Notes under the pieces: model-generated
Seen by the model: only the letters and a program-made list of their open reading frames with translations
Database searches by the model: none
Told to the model about the DNA's origin: nothing
Made by a program: the position numbers and the translations under genes
Origin: Alphaproteobacteria bacterium
GTDB taxonomy: Bacteria; Pseudomonadota; Alphaproteobacteria; CACIAM-22H2
Direction: 5' to 3'
DNA: 64,000 nt
Assembly (NCBI GenBank): GCA_036381615.1
Contig: DASVCL010000014.1
Span: 6,621 to 70,620, forward strand
Shown: positions 61,297 through 64,000 of the stretch, piece after piece
Numbering within the stretch: the stretch's first letter is position 1
Layout of the letters: each line of letters begins with the position of its first letter

Positions 61297-61313
61297 TTCT
61301 CCGGCGTTGGGGC

Positions 61314-62837
61314 TTAACTGGATGTGAAGGAGTCCTTGTAGCGGTCGCGCAAGACGTTCTTCTGGACCTTGCCCATCGCGTTGCGGGGCAGTTCGTCGAC
61401 GAAATAGACGCGTTTCGGGACCTTGTAATTCGCAAGCCGATCCTTGAGCCGCCGGATGATCGCTTCGCCGGTGGGTTCTTGCCGGCCCGGGCGGTGCTTC
61501 ACCACGGCGACGACGCCTTCCCCGAAATCGGGGTGGGGGACGCCGATGACGGCCGATTCGGCAACGCCGTCCATCTGATCGATCTCGTCCTCGATTTCCT
61601 TCGGGTAGACGTTGAAGCCGCCCGAAATGATCAGATCCTTGGCCCGGCCCGAGATGTAGACGTAGCCGCGCGCATCGATCCGTCCGACGTCGCCGGTGAT
61701 GAAGAATCCGTCGGGCCGGAACTCGGCCTTCGTCTTCTCCGGCATCCGCCAATAGCCCTTGAAGACGTTGGGGCCACGGACCTCGATGACGCCGATCTCG
61801 TCGGTGCCGCGGATGTTTCCCTGGTCGTCCGCGATCCGGACTTCGACTCCGGGCAGCGGCTGGCCGCAGCTGCCGGCGATGCGCTCGCCGTTGAGCGGAT
61901 TCGACGTGAGCATGCCGGTCTCGGTCATGCCGTAGCGTTCCAGGATCGTGTGGCCGGTACGTTCGCGGAAGGCGTTGAACGTGTCGGTAAGCAGCGGCGC
62001 CGACCCGGCGATGAACAGCCGCATGTGTCTGACCAGGTCGCGGGTGAACCGTTGGTCGGCCAGAAGACGAACATAGAACGTCGGCACGCCCATGAATACG
62101 GATGCGCGCGGCAGCAGCCGGATGATCGCGTCGACGTCGAACCTGGGCAGGAACAGCATGCCGGTGCCGTTCAGAAGCACGCAATTCGTCGCGACGAACA
62201 GGCCGTGGGTATGGAAGATGGGCAGCGCGTGCAGCAGCACGTCGGTGGGCTGAAAGCCCCACGCCTGGTGCAGCGTGAGTGCGTTCGAGGCAAGGTTCCA
62301 GTGCGTCATCATGGCGCCCTTGGACCGGCCGGTGGTGCCTGACGTGTACAGGATCGCCGCAAGGTCGTCGCGCGTCGCCGCGACGGTCGAATAGTCGCTG
62401 TCCAGATCGCGGCTGCGTTCGACCAGCGTGCCGCCGCCCGCCTGATCCAGCGTAAGGACGTGCGAGACCTTGGCCCGGGCGGCGATTTCACCGACCCAGC
62501 CTTCTGCCTCCGGACGGCACACGACCACCCGCGGCTCGGCGTCGTGCAGGAAATAATCGATTTCCGCCTTCTGGTATGCCGTATTGAGCGGGAGATACAC
62601 CGCGCCCGCCCGCAGGCAGGCCAGGTAGAGAAAAATGGCTTCCGGGGATTTTTCGACCTGGACCGCGACGCGGTCGCCTTTCTCAACGCCGAGCTGGGTG
62701 AGCAGGCGCGCATAGCGACCCGAAATCTGCTCCAGGTCGGCGTAGGTGTAGGTCTTTCCGGTCTCGGTCTCGATGAAGGGGCGACTGCGGTCGCTGGGAA
62801 AGCGGCTTTCGAACAGGCTGTAAAGGTTATCGTTCAT
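61314..62837 (-). CDS. matB: malonyl-CoA synthetase (AMP-dependent ligase)
   Basis: GDRVAVQVEKSPEAIFLYLACLRAGAVYLPLNTAY...YTSGTTGRSKG closely follows rhizobial MatB as I remember it. Confidence 0.8.
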   Translation of the reverse strand: MNDNLYSLFESRFPSDRSRPFIETETGKTYTYADLEQISGRYARLLTQLGVEKGDRVAVQVEKSPEAIFLYLACLRAGAVYLPLNTAYQKAEIDYFLHDAEPRVVVCRPEAEGWVGEIAARAKVSHVLTLDQAGGGTLVERSRDLDSDYSTVAATRDDLAAILYTSGTTGRSKGAMMTHWNLASNALTLHQAWGFQPTDVLLHALPIFHTHGLFVATNCVLLNGTGMLFLPRFDVDAIIRLLPRASVFMGVPTFYVRLLADQRFTRDLVRHMRLFIAGSAPLLTDTFNAFRERTGHTILERYGMTETGMLTSNPLNGERIAGSCGQPLPGVEVRIADDQGNIRGTDEIGVIEVRGPNVFKGYWRMPEKTKAEFRPDGFFITGDVGRIDARGYVYISGRAKDLIISGGFNVYPKEIEDEIDQMDGVAESAVIGVPHPDFGEGVVAVVKHRPGRQEPTGEAIIRRLKDRLANYKVPKRVYFVDELPRNAMGKVQKNVLRDRYKDSFTSS

Positions 62838-62923
62838 ATCGGCTCGCGCGTCCACGGAATGTCGCGTTGTCATAACGTGGCCGCCGGGGGCGCGCAACGC
62901 AGTCGCGAGGGGCGGGAACGGGA

Positions 62924-63817
62924 CTATTCCGCCGGGGCGCGACGCTTTTCCTGGGCGAGGCCGAGCAGCGCGTTAATGGCCAGGGAGCCGATCACGATCA
63001 GCCCACCCATGAGGGCGAGGTCGGTCGGGCGCTCGCCGATGCCGAGCCACACCCAGATCGGGCCGAGCGTGGTCTCGAGCAGCGCGAGCAGGCCGATTTC
63101 CGCGGCTGACAGATGCCGCGTGGCCAGGGTCATCAGCATGCAGCCCAGCCCGAGCTGAACCGTCCCCATCAGGGCCAGAACCGCGATGTCCTGGACCGTC
63201 GCCGTGAACGGCGGTGCGAAGGGCAGCGCGAGCGGCAGGGAAATGATGCCCGCGATCACGACGGTCGGAACCATGTCGATGTCGGCCGCATGTCGGCGAA
63301 GGGCGACGAGGTTCGCGGTGAAGGCCAGCGGAACCCCCAGGGCCAGCAGATTGCCCAGGAGGCCGCCGTGCTCCAGCGAGTCCGCGAACATCAGCACCAT
63401 ACCGGCGATGCCGACGGCCATGGTCATCCAGGTGCGCGCCGGCACGGGCTCGCGCAACAGCAGCCAGCCGAACAGGGCGGCCACGAAGGGCGACAGGCTC
63501 ATGATCACGAGCGTATTGGCGACCGTCGTACGGGTGACCGACAGGATGAAGAAGAAAAACGTCAGGGACAGGAAGAACCCTGTGACGATGCCCCAGCGCC
63601 CAACCGCGGCGAACTTCGCGAACGTGCGGCGACCGTGCCAGACGAAAAGGATCGCGGTCAGCGACAGAACCATGAAAAGCGACCGCCAGAACACGATTTC
63701 CCAGCCGTTCGTCACGCTGACGTTGCGCACCAGAATACCGCCGGTGCTCCAGCACAGGCCGGCGGCGACCATGAGCAACAGACCGCGGGCGCGGTTGGGA
63801 CGGAGCCGATCGGTCAT
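62924..63817 (-). CDS. EamA/DMT-family transporter
   Basis: Ten-TM pattern of two EamA repeats. Start at ATG 63817 (MTDRLRPN), overlapping the upstream stop. Confidence 0.85.
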   Translation of the reverse strand: MTDRLRPNRARGLLLMVAAGLCWSTGGILVRNVSVTNGWEIVFWRSLFMVLSLTAILFVWHGRRTFAKFAAVGRWGIVTGFFLSLTFFFFILSVTRTTVANTLVIMSLSPFVAALFGWLLLREPVPARTWMTMAVGIAGMVLMFADSLEHGGLLGNLLALGVPLAFTANLVALRRHAADIDMVPTVVIAGIISLPLALPFAPPFTATVQDIAVLALMGTVQLGLGCMLMTLATRHLSAAEIGLLALLETTLGPIWVWLGIGERPTDLALMGGLIVIGSLAINALLGLAQEKRRAPAE

Positions 63818-64000
63818 GCGGCAAGTGCCGCCGGCCGGCGCTGTGTGCGAAGGCCGAGCATCGTGTTGACGGCCAGGGCCGCGATCACCACGCCTCCGCC
63901 GGCAACGGTCAGGGGCGAGGGTTCCTCGCCGACGAAGAGCCATACCCACAGCGGTCCGAGCACGGGCTCGAGCAGCGCGAGAAGGGCGACCTGCGCTGCC
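63814..64000 (-). CDS. EamA/DMT-family transporter, C-terminal part only (runs off the right edge)
   Basis: Hand translation gives ...LLALLEPVLGPLWVWLFVGEEPSPLTVAGGGVVIAALAVNTMLGL..., paralogous to the C terminus of the neighbouring gene. Confidence 0.7.
   Translation of the reverse strand, partial: AAQVALLALLEPVLGPLWVWLFVGEEPSPLTVAGGGVVIAALAVNTMLGLRTQRRPAALAA

Overview
High-GC chromosomal window that looks alphaproteobacterial, with about 60 protein genes I can support. Most of it is ordinary core or catabolic DNA. This includes two TRAP transporter loci, otsBA, dapA-smpB, the conserved rpoZ-spoT-pdxJ-acpS-lepB-rnc-era-recO-parC block, motAB, ilvA, an Ntn acylase, an aldehyde dehydrogenase and matB. 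The left ~8 kb is a mosaic accessory zone. It holds a tRNA-Leu 3' fragment with no 5' half (relic att site), a decayed enolase-superfamily gene fragment, a PAS-repeat class III cyclase, and a phage-derived module (S24/CI-type repressor, two small ORFs, a Rad52-family annealing protein) with no structural or integrase genes. The most interesting object is a ~2.1 kb low-GC insert (3570-5686). It is bounded by 49-bp direct repeats of the 3' end of the Rad52-family gene. It carries only a translationally coupled pair: an unplaced class-I SAM-methyltransferase-like gene and a clear AlkB dioxygenase. Secondary candidates are an 8-gene translationally coupled glycan-type operon (three tandem CgeB-like paralogues, a GT4, a B12-binding radical SAM enzyme, two SDR epimerases) and a ferritin-like diiron protein with TetR and a ferredoxin-reductase behind twin 12-bp palindromes. 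No CRISPR array, rRNA, intact tRNA or transposase was seen. All functional calls come from motif and family recognition by eye; no database search was run.
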